A DNA stretch of 16,420 bases from Verrucomicrobiota bacterium (GTDB taxonomy: Bacteria > Verrucomicrobiota > Kiritimatiellia > RFP12 > UBA1067): assembly GCA_022704145.1 (NCBI GenBank), contig JAKJGY010000084.1, positions 1 through 16,420 of the forward strand, in the 5' to 3' direction. Both the position numbers and the translations under genes were made by a program. Below are positions 15,862 to 16,420 of this stretch, one piece after another. The notes under the pieces are model-generated. The model had not been told where the DNA came from and did not search any database. It saw nothing but the letters and a program-made list of their open reading frames with translations. Positions within the stretch are counted from its first letter, which is position 1. The number at the start of each line of letters is the position of its first letter.

Positions 15862-16420
15862 CATGGCTCGTGTGAAATGTCAGGCGTGCGGCAAGAGCAC
15901 GGAGGAGGGCTTGTTTTGCGAGAAGTGCGGGGCGGAGCTTGCGGGGGGCTACGCGCCCGCCGCCGCGTCCGCCCCTGCGTTCGCGCAGCCGGAGCCGGCG
16001 CGGGACCCCGTGTTCATCCGGACACCCCCCGAGGTGCGCGCGCCGCGCGTGGTCGTGCTGGAGCCGGCGGTCGAGGCGCCGCAAGCCTGTGAGCCCGCGA
16101 CGCCTGCAAGGGCCGGACGGTCGGCGGCGGAGCCGGTGTCGGCCGCCTGCGAGCTGGGGGATTGCCCGTGGCTGCTGGTCGAGAACGATAAGGCCGGCTT
16201 CTTTGTGGCGGGCACGCCCGGCCTGCTGCGGCTGCGGCTGACGGCGCAGGAGGAGGGCCTGCTCAACCTGCGGGTCGGGCTGAGTCTGGCGTACGCGACG
16301 TGCGAGCCCGTGCCGCCGTTCGAGCTGTATCGCCCGAAGGCGCTCCAGCAGACGGTGACCAGCCTGAGCGTGCCGCCGCTCAAGCCCGGGGCGTATGTGG
16401 CCGAGCTTACGGTCTCCTTT
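15862..16420 (+). CDS. Protein with an N-terminal zinc ribbon (CQACG-x10-CEKCG), a Pro/Ala-rich linker and a beta-rich domain. Partial; it continues beyond the window end.
   Basis: My own translation from the ATG at 15862 gives 186 codons with no stop (absent from the track because no stop falls in the window): MARVKCQACGKSTEEGLFCEKCGAELAGGYAPAAASAPAFAQPEPA...CELGDCPWLLVENDKAGFFVAGTPGLLRLRLTAQEEG. It follows the SPFH gene by 51 nt on the same strand. Confidence 0.5.

Noticed and set aside
11366-15864. Long minus-strand ORFs (11366..12493, 13707..14528, 13927..14811, 14830..15864) opposite pdxJ, the LysM/YkuD gene and the zinc-ribbon module.
   Set aside because: Pro/Arg/Ala-rich low-complexity translations with no domain signatures. 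The plus-strand frames encode clearly recognisable proteins.

Overview
This is a GC-rich (roughly 70%) bacterial chromosomal window. No rRNA, tRNA or CRISPR was found. It splits into three parts.

Part (i), 1-7233, minus strand: a three-gene operon of secreted glycan-processing proteins, with tight gene spacing.
- A LamG/PKD protein (4918..7233).
- A 1112-aa fusion (1550..4870) of a sialate-O-acetylesterase-type SGNH domain (GQSNMEG motif), a LamG domain and a DUF4091-like hydrolase domain.
- A sialidase-like protein with BNR (Asp-box) repeats, a signal peptide and an A8 tract at codons 2-4. It runs off the left edge.
- A divergently transcribed GntR/FadR-family regulator (7352..8068). This is the same subfamily as E. 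coli NanR, the sialic-acid catabolism repressor. Two TGGTATAT motifs sit in the shared promoter region.

Part (ii), 8049-13254: housekeeping genes plus one cassette-like insert.
- An 840-bp module, bounded by exact 19-bp direct repeats, carries a tandem winged-helix (ArsR-like x2) regulator. Its own sigma70-like promoter is present. The gene is bracketed by two inverted copies of a perfect 28-bp palindrome.
- rnhC (RNase HIII) and hydF ([FeFe]-hydrogenase maturase GTPase, with the CxHx45HCxxC motif) are co-directional. hydF implies an anaerobic lifestyle.
- A divergent pair follows: pdxJ and a LysM plus YkuD-like protein whose catalytic Cys is missing.

Part (iii), 13255-16420: a conspicuously AT-rich 450-bp spacer with a strong promoter and RBS, followed by three co-directional genes that each carry a Cys4 zinc-ribbon module.
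- A 116-aa HTH_17/excisionase-type DNA-binding protein with a C-terminal zinc ribbon.
- A 552-aa protein with an N-terminal double zinc ribbon, a Band-7/SPFH (flotillin-like) domain, and a charged coiled-coil with MT[TP]EQMLA repeats. It has no membrane anchor.
- A protein with an N-terminal zinc ribbon, a Pro/Ala linker and a beta-rich domain. It runs off the right edge.
This triad is the best candidate for an undescribed system in the window. I cannot assign it a function.

Many long ORFs on the opposite strand of real genes are low-complexity, GC-driven shadow ORFs and were discarded.
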